Shown piece by piece: positions 16,219 to 25,479 of a stretch of 41,143 bases of DNA (the first letter of the stretch is position 1; each line of letters starts with the position of its first letter). The notes below the pieces were generated by a model, which made no database searches, had not been told where the DNA came from, and was given only the letters and a program-made list of their open reading frames with translations. The stretch is from a virus. Its lineage: Duplodnaviria > Caudoviricetes. The DNA lies in IMG/VR virus record IMGVR_UViG_3300046779_000331, positions 1 to 41,143 of that record. One strand, 5' to 3'. Position numbers and translations under genes: made by a program.

Positions 16219-16575
16219 TTACCATGATGCGTGATACTCAAACTCAGTATCATCGCTGCTTTCTTCTATAATTGTATTTAGTTTTTCAAGTGTGGATTTT
16301 ATATCATCCCAGTACCAGTCGTCAATCTCTCTACTGCCAAAAAAGAATCCAGTTGTTGGAGGCAGCAGTTCCCATGCTATCTCTTCTGTACCTTCACTTA
16401 ATACTTTCTGGCAATCATCTCGTAGTTGAACAAGGTCATGCATGCTGACATGAATAGGAGTGCAGTCATCTACTACACTAGCATTGTTTATAATCCAACC
16501 ATGAATAGCATTGGCTTTGCGCCAGTATGCTACTTCATCTATTGTTTTACGATACAAATACATGTCAAGACCCAT
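16219..16575 (-). CDS. Conserved phage hypothetical protein (MGLDMYL..YWRKANAIH type)
   Basis: MGLDMYL, YWRKANAIHGW, LPPTTGFFFGS, YHASW. Confidence 0.75.
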   Translation of the reverse strand: MGLDMYLYRKTIDEVAYWRKANAIHGWIINNASVVDDCTPIHVSMHDLVQLRDDCQKVLSEGTEEIAWELLPPTTGFFFGSREIDDWYWDDIKSTLEKLNTIIEESSDDTEFEYHASW

Positions 16576-16577
16576 GA

Positions 16578-17057
16578 TTAAGCCCTTTCTCCGAAGATGT
16601 TTGCTACTACCTGTGGGTGTAGTTCTTCACGCATACGAGCAAATGACTTAGGGTCCCAGCCTACTTGGAATACACGGCTAAGCAACTTAGCAAGTGAGTA
16701 ACTTGGCTGTGCATTAGTTAGAGTTAAGAATGCATCTCCAGTTCTACCTAGTTCATACTCATACTGAGCAAGCAAGGCTGCAGGTGCATTGATATATGGT
16801 GTATCTGTTACTGCATTGTTGAGTAGATGATTTAGTGCAGCGAGAGTACGCTCTTCGCCATACTTACCAAGAATACCAAGTGCAAAGTCACGCACCTGAA
16901 TGTCAGTTAGATAGTAAAGTACACGAGTAGTCGTGACTTCATCTGTATCTCCTGCTGTAAATGTAGAGAAGAACTCATCTACTAGCGTAGCACCTTTACG
17001 CTGAATGCTAGTATCTTGGTTCTCTTCTAGTGTTTTGTAGTCATCTTTAGTTGTCAT
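16578..17057 (-). CDS. DUF4192-like protein
   Basis: LTDIQVRD, APAALLA..G..A, PSYSLAKLL resemble the actinobacterial DUF4192 C-terminal half. Confidence 0.6.
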   Translation of the reverse strand: MTTKDDYKTLEENQDTSIQRKGATLVDEFFSTFTAGDTDEVTTTRVLYYLTDIQVRDFALGILGKYGEERTLAALNHLLNNAVTDTPYINAPAALLAQYEYELGRTGDAFLTLTNAQPSYSLAKLLSRVFQVGWDPKSFARMREELHPQVVANIFGERA

Positions 17058-17205
17058 TGTTTGTCTCTCCTTCTAGTCGTGTATCTATCCATCGGTGAAT
17101 AGACATTGTTGCACCATACATTTGTATAGCATCTTGCACCCAGAACAAAGCAGCATCATCGTTGTCTGCTTCAACTGAGATTTCTACCTGTACTATGTAG
17201 TTCAT
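17047..17205 (-). CDS. Hypothetical 52-aa protein
   Basis: TAATG coupling to upstream gene. Confidence 0.6.
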   Translation of the reverse strand: MNYIVQVEISVEADNDDAALFWVQDAIQMYGATMSIHRWIDTRLEGETNNDN

Positions 17206-17654
17206 TAGTACCAACCATGCTTTCTCCAGTGTGACCAAGCGATTGAAGGCTTGTCGTATCTATGCTTGATATACGCCAGCCCCTTCTCAATCTGGAGAGG
17301 GGCGGGCGTTCCAGGCTTAGTCTTTAAGACTTGTGCTACTCCGTAGGCTGTTGACTTAGGGTTATCTGCTTTATGATTCCATGCAGATTCTTTTCCCCAT
17401 AGTTTTAGCAGTGCCTTCCACTCGCTGCGTCCCCAATGTGGATACTCCAAAGACATGTAGCCACGTGCATATGTCTTTGACATATACGGTGTCCAGTAGT
17501 GTGGCTTGATAGCCTGCACTACATAGTCTTCGTCTGTTGCTATCTGCTTATCTACATACTTGACATACGATTTGATTGGTATGCCAAACATAGTAGCAAG
17601 TATTAATATACCTGCACTAATGATTGCTTGGTATTTCTTTGCCACTGTGAACAC
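17205..17654 (-). CDS. Secreted or membrane-anchored lysozyme-like transglycosylase (SLT/Apf-like)
   Basis: Hydrophobic N-terminus; KESAWN..A.NP.STAYGVAQ..QIEKGLAYIKHRY..GWY; AGGAGA RBS. Confidence 0.82.
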   Translation of the reverse strand: MFTVAKKYQAIISAGILILATMFGIPIKSYVKYVDKQIATDEDYVVQAIKPHYWTPYMSKTYARGYMSLEYPHWGRSEWKALLKLWGKESAWNHKADNPKSTAYGVAQVLKTKPGTPAPLQIEKGLAYIKHRYDKPSIAWSHWRKHGWY

Positions 17655-17671
17655 GGCTCTCCTAACTTATA

Positions 17672-17803
17672 TTAGTCTGCGTATATTACATCGAATGGTT
17701 CATCTGGTGCGTTGCATACGCACTCCCAGATAAAGCAACCACATTCATCACATTCTTCATCTTTGTCTAGCGCAATGTCATCTTCTACTCTTGGTTCACT
17801 CAT
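17672..17803 (-). CDS. Small acidic Cys-rich protein (43 aa)
   Basis: CDECGC..CVC; overlaps upstream stop. Confidence 0.55.
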   Translation of the reverse strand: MSEPRVEDDIALDKDEECDECGCFIWECVCNAPDEPFDVIYAD

Positions 17804-17975
17804 TAGTAATTGCCCTTTCATCTACTATAACTTTACTCCTACGCACACTGATACCACGATTGGTTAGGTATGCGTCATACAATTCTTTGTATTCTTCATA
17901 GTATTTATTAGCAAGAAACTTCTGCGCATAACCTGCTGCTTTAGCACGCATCTTCATGATTTCATCTGGTGTCAT
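17796..17975 (-). CDS. Hypothetical protein
   Basis: GGAG RBS before ATG 17975. Confidence 0.6.
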   Translation of the reverse strand: MTPDEIMKMRAKAAGYAQKFLANKYYEEYKELYDAYLTNRGISVRRSKVIVDERAITNE

Positions 17976-18082
17976 AGTTTTGCTCCACACTTATCGCATA
18001 TTAGATTGTCTCCTGCGTCCAAAGCATCATGCTTTGTTGCTTGCCAACATGTAGTGCATTGGATTCTAAAATCCATACTCAT
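17972..18082 (-). CDS. 36-aa zinc-ribbon protein
   Basis: CTTC..CDKCG; ATGA overlaps at both ends. Confidence 0.55.
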   Translation of the reverse strand: MSMDFRIQCTTCWQATKHDALDAGDNLICDKCGAKL

Positions 18083-18297
18083 AGTCGTGCATCCCGCATG
18101 GTAGATTCTATCTGATTTACTGTGTCTTGATGACCTGCTTCTGCAGCGTCATAGGTCTGATACCTGCGGGTAAATGGTTCTACTTCCATGTCGCGCTCAT
18201 CAAAGACCATGGTTTCATATAGGTCTAGACCATGGGCAAAGGGCAATGCAACTGTAGATACTTGTAGATTTGCTACTTCTGTTTTTAGATTCATCAT
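18079..18297 (-). CDS. Hypothetical phage protein
   Basis: VSTV..YETMVF..RY.T..A.AGH pattern. Confidence 0.65.
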   Translation of the reverse strand: MMNLKTEVANLQVSTVALPFAHGLDLYETMVFDERDMEVEPFTRRYQTYDAAEAGHQDTVNQIESTMRDARL

Positions 18298-18467
18298 TTG
18301 TGGTTTACTCTCGCTTCCCAATATCGTCTGTTAGTTCTGAGCCTGATGCGCAGCAGTTTATTATCCTGCTGCAATCTGTAGTTTGCAATAGTAGTTAGCA
18401 ATATAATTATGATAGATGAGCCTAGTGCAATAGATACACCTAGGACTTCTGCTGTAGATAGATACAT
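18294..18467 (-). CDS. Small membrane protein (57 aa)
   Basis: AGGAGAG RBS; hydrophobic N-half, basic C-half. Confidence 0.6.
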   Translation of the reverse strand: MYLSTAEVLGVSIALGSSIIIILLTTIANYRLQQDNKLLRIRLRTNRRYWEARVNHK

Positions 18468-18528
18468 AATCTCTCCTATGATTAGTAATGGACTCGCATT
18501 AGTCTGTACTTATACGGAAAACCCTGCC

Positions 18529-18574
18529 AAAAAAATATAGACAGGTGAGTGACATTTCTGCCACCCACCTGCCT
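18529..18574 (-). terminator. Intrinsic terminator after SSB-like gene
   Basis: 16-bp stem with three G.U pairs, GAAA tetraloop, then ATATTTTTTT on the minus strand. Confidence 0.85.
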
Positions 18575-18579
18575 GGTAT

Positions 18580-18927
18580 TTAAGCGTGTACTTCTACTGC
18601 ATGTACTTCCAACTGGAGTGTTGGTGCGTACTGCTTGTCACGAGGGACATTTGGACGGCGGTCAAAGCGTGTGACCATGCGTCCTGTGAGAGTGATAGGC
18701 ATGGAAGTTTCTGTTCCTGCTTTAGTTGCACCTAGGATTTCACCTACTGTGGAATCATCTAGCGCAACTACATTCATGCCGACTACATAAACCTGTCGGT
18801 CTGCAGTTCCGTCTGAGGTACGAGATGTATCTCGTTGGTCAAACCAGCCTGTAAGCAATGTTCCACGCTCGTTTGTATATGTCTTTACATTCTTGATTGT
18901 ACCTGTGATGCTGATTTCGTTCTTCAC
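18580..18927 (-). CDS. OB-fold single-stranded DNA-binding-like protein
   Basis: NEISITGTI..ITLTGRM..QLEVHAV resembles SSB strands; AAGGAG RBS; no acidic tail. Confidence 0.6.
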   Translation of the reverse strand: MKNEISITGTIKNVKTYTNERGTLLTGWFDQRDTSRTSDGTADRQVYVVGMNVVALDDSTVGEILGATKAGTETSMPITLTGRMVTRFDRRPNVPRDKQYAPTLQLEVHAVEVHA

Positions 18928-18966
18928 TTGCTTCTCCTTAGTTAGTTAGTTGATTACTTACTGGCT

Positions 18967-18996
18967 GGCAAGCCCGCCAAAGGCGACGGGCTTGCC
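18967..18996. terminator. GC-rich hairpin without T-tract
   Basis: GGCAAGCCCG-N10-CGGGCTTGCC perfect inverted repeat. Confidence 0.5.
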
Positions 18997-19007
18997 TGCT
19001 TGAATGT

Positions 19008-19541
19008 CTATCTGACATTCAATTCTAGTGGTTTGTCACATGCTTGGCAGTCGTTGAATGTTTTTGGGGTAAGCAGATTGCACCAGTGACATTGGACTTC
19101 TCTAGCGCGCTGGCGCTGGTCGTCTAGTTCCCAGTATTCTTCATAGACACCGCCGTCTATGAGTTGTGCAATTGGGGGCAGGAACTCGCTACGCGTTACT
19201 GGTTCGTCTGTGTCTATGAACTTCACAGCGAGTTCTATTAACTTCAGGTTATCGTCCCACTTTTCTATCATTTGTGCTCTCCTTGTTTGTGGCTTGACAT
19301 ATGTTTCTGACGCGACCCAGTCACTTGCACTGGGAGCGTCACTGGTATCTAGGCTTAGGCAGTTGCCTTCCCCTAGACGGTCTTCTTCATGCAGATTCCA
19401 AGCATTGGTATCTGCTTTTGCTTCTGCGTCATCGACGCAGGACTGACACTGACTAGGAGGATAACCTTCCGCAGTGTCTCGTGCTATGACCATGCACTCA
19501 TAGCACTCGTTAGTCACGCTGATGCCGAGTGACTCGCTCAT
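19008..19541 (-). CDS. Early protein with four CxxC motifs
   Basis: CYEC, CQSC, CHWC, CQAC; ATGA overlap gives start 19541. Confidence 0.65.
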   Translation of the reverse strand: MSESLGISVTNECYECMVIARDTAEGYPPSQCQSCVDDAEAKADTNAWNLHEEDRLGEGNCLSLDTSDAPSASDWVASETYVKPQTRRAQMIEKWDDNLKLIELAVKFIDTDEPVTRSEFLPPIAQLIDGGVYEEYWELDDQRQRAREVQCHWCNLLTPKTFNDCQACDKPLELNVR

Positions 19542-19744
19542 GCTTGGTCTTCCAAGTGGAAGCCGTTGGTTGGGCATGAGCCACCCATGAAGCATGGGCA
19601 CTCTTCTTCGTCGACAAGGTCGGTCTCCCAACCTTTTTCAACGGCGAAGTCGTTGTAGCAACCTGCGCAGACATATGCCTGAGCCTTAGGTTCCCATTGT
19701 GACTGATAGGCGCAGTTGCATAGTGAGCATGGTGTTGATGGCAT
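19538..19744 (-). CDS. Small Cys-rich early protein
   Basis: CSLC, CAGC, CPC..C; AAAGG RBS; first gene of the minus arm. Confidence 0.6.
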   Translation of the reverse strand: MPSTPCSLCNCAYQSQWEPKAQAYVCAGCYNDFAVEKGWETDLVDEEECPCFMGGSCPTNGFHLEDQA

Positions 19745-20264
19745 GATTACCTTTCTGTGTTAGAGAGATTCTAACTACATAAATCAGACCAGCATAGACT
19801 GTGACGGCTGTCAAGCCCTGCTCTTTTCAAGGGCTTGATAGACTAGCAGACTATGCTATAGCCATGCATCTGCCCGCAGATTATGCAGTTTAACTGGGCG
19901 CAGTACCGTTAGGTTTAGTTCCGCCCCAGACTACTGTCTGTCCCGCAGACTATCTAACAGTACAACTGAGTCGCAGACTAACTGTCTGTGGGTCTAAATG
20001 ACCCCAGACTGTTAAAATGTATGTCAAATATAGTAGTGTATCTCTACCTAAAATATTTCTGTACAGTAGTACTCCCCCAGTCTGACCTGCAGTTTTATAA
20101 ATAGTTCTGTCAAAAATGTTCGTTTGACCTGTTTGAACGGATTAATATATAGTAGAGACTAAAATAGTTCGGAAGTCTTTTTAGAGCCTTCCTCACAACT
20201 GTTACAATAGACTGTACTAATCTGCTACAAGGCAGGTGTATACTGTCCAAAACTAGGGGGCTAG
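19745..20264. promoter_or_regulatory. Divergent non-coding control region with (C/T)AGACT repeats
   Basis: 520 nt between divergent arms; about a dozen CAGACT-like hexamers; inverted repeat 19791-19857; possible TTGACC-N18-TATAGT at 20124-20153. Confidence 0.7.
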
Positions 20265-22154
20265 ATGACGTTCGAAAAGGGGGCGACTAACCCCAAAACT
20301 GCCAAGACCAATGCAGCCAAAGAGCAGGTGCTTCTGCTGGTGGCTGAGGGTATGTCCCTGGCAAAGGCGATGGAGAAGGTTGGCTCGAAGCCCGACACCG
20401 CCCGTATCTGGATTTATAGGGATGCCGATTTTGCCCGTAGGCTTGAACAAGCCAAGGAGGATGCCAAGAGCAACTCCATCAAGGCGCTGGGGATTCCTAA
20501 AGAAGAGATTCAGTTTGCCCAGTTCTCTGAGATGTTTTTGGGGTCGAAGGTCTTCCCCCACCATCAGGACTGGATTGACCTGATTGAGGGTAGGGAACCT
20601 TCCTGGCTCCACCCTTCTATGACCTATGACCCAGGCGATGAGACCCGCCTGTTGGTGAACGTGCCTCCCGAGCACGCTAAGTCCACTGTGGTCACGGTGA
20701 ACTATTCGACCTACCGCATTGCCATCAATTCGAATGTCCGCATCATAGTGGTTTCCAAGACATTGAACAAAGCACGCGAGTTTGTATACTCAATTAAGAA
20801 TCGGTTGTCCCACCCTCGTTACGCCAAGATGCAAAATACATTTGGTCCTGAAGGCGGCTGGAAGGGTGACGCAGACACGTGGCGTGTTGATACTGTCTAC
20901 CTTGGTGGCGATGCGCGTGATTCATCTGAGAAAGACCCAACCATCCAAGCCCTTGGTATGGGGGGTCAGATTTACGGCGCACGTGCTGACCTGATTATCC
21001 TAGACGACTGCATTACTACGGCTAACGCCCATGAGTATGAAAAGCAGATTAACTGGCTACAGAAAGAAGTTATTACCCGTCTGGGCAAGAATGGTAAATT
21101 GCTTATAGTGGGAACGCGAATTGCGCCCACGGATTTCTACAAAGAATTAAGAGACCCGAAGTACTGGTCTAATGGTAAAAGCCCATTTACATATATGGCT
21201 ATGCCTGCAGTCCTTGAGTACAAAGAGAAGGTCGAAGATTGGGTAACTCTGTGGCCCAAGTCTAACATCCATTGGGACGGGGATGAAGACACTCCTGATG
21301 AGGATGGGCTATACCCTAAGTGGGACGGACCAGCATTAAATAAGCGACGCGGTGAAGTTACTGCTTCTACTTGGGCGCTTGTCTACCAGCAAGAGGATGT
21401 CACCGAAGATGCAATCTTCTCAGCACCTTTGGTGCAGGGTTGCATTAATGGCATGCGCAAGCGTGGTCCGCTAGACCCAGATAAGCCTGGACACCCAGAG
21501 CGTGTGAGTGGATATACCATTATTGGCTTTGACCCCGCTATGGGTGCAGGGCATGCAGCCTTTGTAGTTATTAACTATAACTCTGCAGATAGCCGTATTT
21601 ATGTTCTTGACTGTGTAAACATGTCAGAACCTAATCCACAGAAGATTCGTGATGCAATTGAAGAGTTGGTTCAGAAGTACCGACCTAATGAATTGCGTGT
21701 TGAGATTAACGCACACCAGAAGGCTTACTCGCTAGATGATGATTTGCGTAACTGGCTTGCTCAGTATGGTTGTGACCTGAAGCCACACTTTACTGGTAGA
21801 AACAAATGGGACACAAATCTTGGCGTTGCCTCTATGTCCACGTTCTTTGGAACAACAGTAGATGGCAAGTTTCAAGATAACAACTCAATAGAGTTCCCAT
21901 CTACTGAAGGTTCAGAAGGTCTTAAAGCCTTACTTCAGCAGTTGATGACATGGAAGCCCAACACTAGAGGTAAGACCGACTGCGTTATGGCTTTATGGTT
22001 TGCCGTACTTAGGGCAAAAGAACTAATGCAAGCGGCTTCGTTCACTAGCCGATACAAAGAAAACCGTTGGGCTACTAGAGCGCAACTATCAAAACGACAA
22101 ACAGTAAACCTAGACGCTGCCTATCAAGAGCAGTGGCAAGAACAATTCGGTTAG
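20265..22154 (+). CDS. terL: Terminase large subunit with N-terminal HTH extension
   Basis: PPEHAKST Walker A, LIILDD Walker B, VGTR, YQQ, nuclease GFDPA and KTDCVMALW. Confidence 0.93.
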   Translation: MTFEKGATNPKTAKTNAAKEQVLLLVAEGMSLAKAMEKVGSKPDTARIWIYRDADFARRLEQAKEDAKSNSIKALGIPKEEIQFAQFSEMFLGSKVFPHHQDWIDLIEGREPSWLHPSMTYDPGDETRLLVNVPPEHAKSTVVTVNYSTYRIAINSNVRIIVVSKTLNKAREFVYSIKNRLSHPRYAKMQNTFGPEGGWKGDADTWRVDTVYLGGDARDSSEKDPTIQALGMGGQIYGARADLIILDDCITTANAHEYEKQINWLQKEVITRLGKNGKLLIVGTRIAPTDFYKELRDPKYWSNGKSPFTYMAMPAVLEYKEKVEDWVTLWPKSNIHWDGDEDTPDEDGLYPKWDGPALNKRRGEVTASTWALVYQQEDVTEDAIFSAPLVQGCINGMRKRGPLDPDKPGHPERVSGYTIIGFDPAMGAGHAAFVVINYNSADSRIYVLDCVNMSEPNPQKIRDAIEELVQKYRPNELRVEINAHQKAYSLDDDLRNWLAQYGCDLKPHFTGRNKWDTNLGVASMSTFFGTTVDGKFQDNNSIEFPSTEGSEGLKALLQQLMTWKPNTRGKTDCVMALWFAVLRAKELMQAASFTSRYKENRWATRAQLSKRQTVNLDAAYQEQWQEQFG

Positions 22155-22162
22155 GAATTAAT

Positions 22163-22483
22163 ATGAAATCACCAAAAGATAAAGCAGCAAGAGCGCGTAA
22201 TTTGGCGACAGAAACATTTGGTAGCGTTAGTCTTAGCAAAACCCGTAAACTTGTAAATCAAAATGCAAAGGCAGCAGGAAAAAAACTTAGTCCTTCAGAA
22301 GAAACACGTGCTGCAAAAATTATGCAACCACGTCGTCAAAATGACCGTAACCGCACAGCGGCTCGTGGAACATTTATTACAGGTCCTAATTCTCCTGCAT
22401 CAAAGCGTGCGGTTAGAGCAAAAATTACAGCCGCGGTTGCTGGACCAAAAAGCAAATCTTCAGCAAAGAAAAAGGGTAAGTAA
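22163..22483 (+). CDS. Lys/Arg-rich protein
   Basis: AGGA RBS before ATG 22163; ends AKKKGK. Confidence 0.7.
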   Translation: MKSPKDKAARARNLATETFGSVSLSKTRKLVNQNAKAAGKKLSPSEETRAAKIMQPRRQNDRNRTAARGTFITGPNSPASKRAVRAKITAAVAGPKSKSSAKKKGK

Positions 22484-22484
22484 C

Positions 22485-23024
22485 ATGCCAGCACCACTAG
22501 TTGCAGCATCACTTGCTGCTCGGCTTATTGCACGACAATTAGCAGAAAAATCAGCAAAGAAGGCTGTAACAAAGGTTGCAAAAAAATCTGTTAGCAAGGC
22601 ACTTAAGACTTCTAAAAAGTCTAAGCCATTGGCTGAACCTAAGTCTGCTGTTCGCGTAAAGTACAATAAGCAGGCTATGGAAAACGCTATTAAAGATGGT
22701 CAACTTAAAACAAAGCGTCCAAATATGTCTGCTTCTCGTCCAATAGTTTCTCGTCCAGGTAGCGGTAGGGCAATTAAAATTAACACAGACCCTACAAAGC
22801 CAAAGGGTGTTTTTGGTCCACTAAAGAAAAAAATAGCAGCAAAGAGTCCAGAAGGTCGCGCTAATGCAAAGGCTAATGCTCGTGGACTTAAGGCTGCTAA
22901 TAAAAAAGTTTCTGATAAAAACAGTGGTTTTGGTGGTCCAACAGTATCTGCAATTATTAAGCGTGCAGAACCAGCACGTGCTAATCGCACTCGTTTAGGT
23001 AAGAACGCTTTTAAGTCTAAGTAA
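22485..23024 (+). CDS. Lys/Arg-rich protein with MPAPLV N-terminus
   Basis: ATG 1 nt after upstream stop; N-terminus shared with 36945. Confidence 0.7.
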   Translation: MPAPLVAASLAARLIARQLAEKSAKKAVTKVAKKSVSKALKTSKKSKPLAEPKSAVRVKYNKQAMENAIKDGQLKTKRPNMSASRPIVSRPGSGRAIKINTDPTKPKGVFGPLKKKIAAKSPEGRANAKANARGLKAANKKVSDKNSGFGGPTVSAIIKRAEPARANRTRLGKNAFKSK

Positions 23025-23049
23025 TTTTTAATCAATCGTTAGGACAATA

Positions 23050-24795
23050 ATGTTATCAGTTAAGCAGATTGCGGCGCGTGTTGAGTCGCTAAAACACCGC
23101 GCCCGCGAGCGCGATTCTAGACATGAAGATGTCCTAGCCGTACGTCGTGGTCAGATTTCTAGCGTTTATCCAGACTTCTTCCCAGAAGGAGTAGATGCAA
23201 ACGTAGTTGCAAACTTTATCGACATTGTTGCACGTGACCTATCTGAAGTTATGGCTCCGCTTCCTGCAATTAACTGCTCTGCAATTAATCAGGTTGAGGA
23301 TAAGTCGCGCAAGTTTGCTGACACTCGTACCCGAATTGCTGCAAACTACTTTATTAATTCAGATTTACAAGTACAGATGTATACTGGTGCAGACTGGTAT
23401 CTCACATTTGGTTTCGTCCCATTCATCATTGAGTTCGACGAAGAAGCAAAACTGCCGCGTATCCGCATAGAAAACCCTGTAGGTGCTTACCCAGAGTATG
23501 ACCGCTATGGACGCTGCATTGCTTTTGCTAAGAAATACCGCATGACAGTTGCCGAATTGATTGCTCAGTTCCCTGAGCACGAAGAAGGCATTCTTGGTAA
23601 AGATGGTTATGACCAAGATATGAATGGATATTTAACTGTCATTCGATACTACGATAAGGAACAGTCTGTAATTTATATTCCAGACCGTAACAACTACGCA
23701 GTATCTGTAGCGGAAAATCCAATCAAGAAGATGCTAGTCCACATTGCACGTCGTCCATCTGTTGATGGCGAGATGCGTGGACAGTTTGATGACGTACTTG
23801 GTATTCAGTTGCTTCGCAACCGATTTGCATTACTTGCAATGGAAGCAGCGGAGAAGTCAGTACAGTCACCTATCGTCTTGCCTAGCGATGTTCAGGAGTT
23901 TGAGTTTGGTGGCGATGGTGTCATCCGCACAAACAACCCTGCTGGTGTTCGCCGTGTAGAACTACCTATCCCTGCTGGTGCATTTAATGAGCAGCAGATT
24001 CTACAAGGAGAACTACGCACTGGAACACGTTACCCAGAATCACGTACTGGTAACGTAGATGCTTCGATTATTACGGGACAGGGCGTTCAAGCCCTTATGG
24101 GTGGATTTGATACACAGGTTAAGTCTGCACAGGCTATCTTTGCTTCTGCACTTAAGAGTGTTATTTCAATCTGCTTTGAAGTTGATGAAAAAGTATTTGA
24201 TGAAAAGAAGACAATTCGTGGCGTAGACGCTGGTGCACCATATGCACTTGAGTACACACCATCTAAGAATATCAAGGGTGACTATTCTGCAGATGTACGC
24301 TACGGCATGCTGGCTGGACTTAACCCAGCACAGGGACTTATCTTTATGCTTCAGGCATTGGGTGGCGATTTAATCTCCGTTGACTTGGCTCAGCGCGAAA
24401 TGCCATTTGGCATTAACGTCACACAGGAACAAGAGAAGATTGAAGTTGAAAAACTTCGTAAGGCTCTCATTGGTTCTCTGCAAGCATATACACAAACAAT
24501 TCCACAAATGGCGACTCAGGGACAAGACCCACTACCTATCATTCAAAAGATTGCTATGGCAATTAAGGGACGTAAAGAGGGTAGACAAATTGAGGATGTT
24601 ATTGAGGAAGTGTTTACACCAGAGAATCCTCCTGCTGGTGCTCCAGTCGAGCAACCCGTCCCCTCTGCTCCTGGCGCTCCAGTAGGAGGCGCTCCTGCAC
24701 AGGGAAGACCAGATTTGCAAATGCTTCTTAGTCGTTTGAGTTCAAGCGGAGAAGCATCAGGTTCAGCACAGATTAGACAACAGCAAGTAATTTAA
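23050..24795 (+). CDS. Portal protein
   Basis: 581 aa after terminase; helical N-part, beta-rich wing, Pro/Gln-rich tail typical of podovirus portals. Confidence 0.82.
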   Translation: MLSVKQIAARVESLKHRARERDSRHEDVLAVRRGQISSVYPDFFPEGVDANVVANFIDIVARDLSEVMAPLPAINCSAINQVEDKSRKFADTRTRIAANYFINSDLQVQMYTGADWYLTFGFVPFIIEFDEEAKLPRIRIENPVGAYPEYDRYGRCIAFAKKYRMTVAELIAQFPEHEEGILGKDGYDQDMNGYLTVIRYYDKEQSVIYIPDRNNYAVSVAENPIKKMLVHIARRPSVDGEMRGQFDDVLGIQLLRNRFALLAMEAAEKSVQSPIVLPSDVQEFEFGGDGVIRTNNPAGVRRVELPIPAGAFNEQQILQGELRTGTRYPESRTGNVDASIITGQGVQALMGGFDTQVKSAQAIFASALKSVISICFEVDEKVFDEKKTIRGVDAGAPYALEYTPSKNIKGDYSADVRYGMLAGLNPAQGLIFMLQALGGDLISVDLAQREMPFGINVTQEQEKIEVEKLRKALIGSLQAYTQTIPQMATQGQDPLPIIQKIAMAIKGRKEGRQIEDVIEEVFTPENPPAGAPVEQPVPSAPGAPVGGAPAQGRPDLQMLLSRLSSSGEASGSAQIRQQQVI

Positions 24796-24805
24796 GGGGG
24801 TAATC

Positions 24806-25054
24806 ATGGCAACACCACGCAAGAAGCCAGTACGTAGAGCAAAAGTGCGCACAGTTGAAAACGATGATTACACTCCGCTAGAAAAATACTGCATTGCAAT
24901 TAATGAATATTTTAAAGCGTTACGCGTAGCAGGATTTTCTGAAGCAATTGCGCTGTCAATGATTCAGAGTGTTGAGTCTTATCCAAACTGGATTATTCCA
25001 GACCTGCCAAACAAGATTGATAATATTCCATATGACGATGAGGATGATGACTAA
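24806..25054 (+). CDS. Hypothetical protein, basic N-terminus and acidic C-terminus
   Basis: AAGGGG RBS; TAATG coupling downstream. Confidence 0.7.
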   Translation: MATPRKKPVRRAKVRTVENDDYTPLEKYCIAINEYFKALRVAGFSEAIALSMIQSVESYPNWIIPDLPNKIDNIPYDDEDDD

Positions 25055-25479
25055 TGGCTGAAACAAGAGGCGGATACCGCAAGCCAAACATGCCTGCTCC
25101 TACATCTGGTCCTGGTGCTTTATCACAACGTACAGATGGTGGACCAGCGCAAGGCGCTAAGTATATTTCTGGACTTCCATATGGACAAGGACAGGCTACA
25201 TACGACCAGCAAACTGCTGCTCCTATGGCTGGAACACCAAGCATGCCAAGTGCACCATCAGTGCCTATGGAAATGCCAACACCATTGTTTGCTCCAACTG
25301 CACGACCAAATGAACCAATTACATCTGGCGTTGATATAGGTGCAGGACCAGGAAGCAATGCGTTAAACCTGCCATCACAAGAACCAACTCTTGCATCCAC
25401 CTTGCGCAAAATTGCGCAGTTTGATAACAGTGGTGATGCAGAAATGATTTATGCAGCAATTGCCGAATATGGGTACTAA
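25054..25479 (+). CDS. Pro/Gly-rich putative virion protein
   Basis: Coupled to both neighbours by TAATG. Confidence 0.7.
   Translation: MAETRGGYRKPNMPAPTSGPGALSQRTDGGPAQGAKYISGLPYGQGQATYDQQTAAPMAGTPSMPSAPSVPMEMPTPLFAPTARPNEPITSGVDIGAGPGSNALNLPSQEPTLASTLRKIAQFDNSGDAEMIYAAIAEYGY

Noticed and set aside
19791-19815. Minus-strand sigma-A promoter TTGACA..TATGCT
   Set aside because: Spacer is only 12 nt.
22263-22484. N-terminal extension of the 253-aa ORF-track call
   Set aside because: Overlaps the upstream gene out of frame; ATG 22485 follows the upstream stop and matches the paralogous MPAPLV start.
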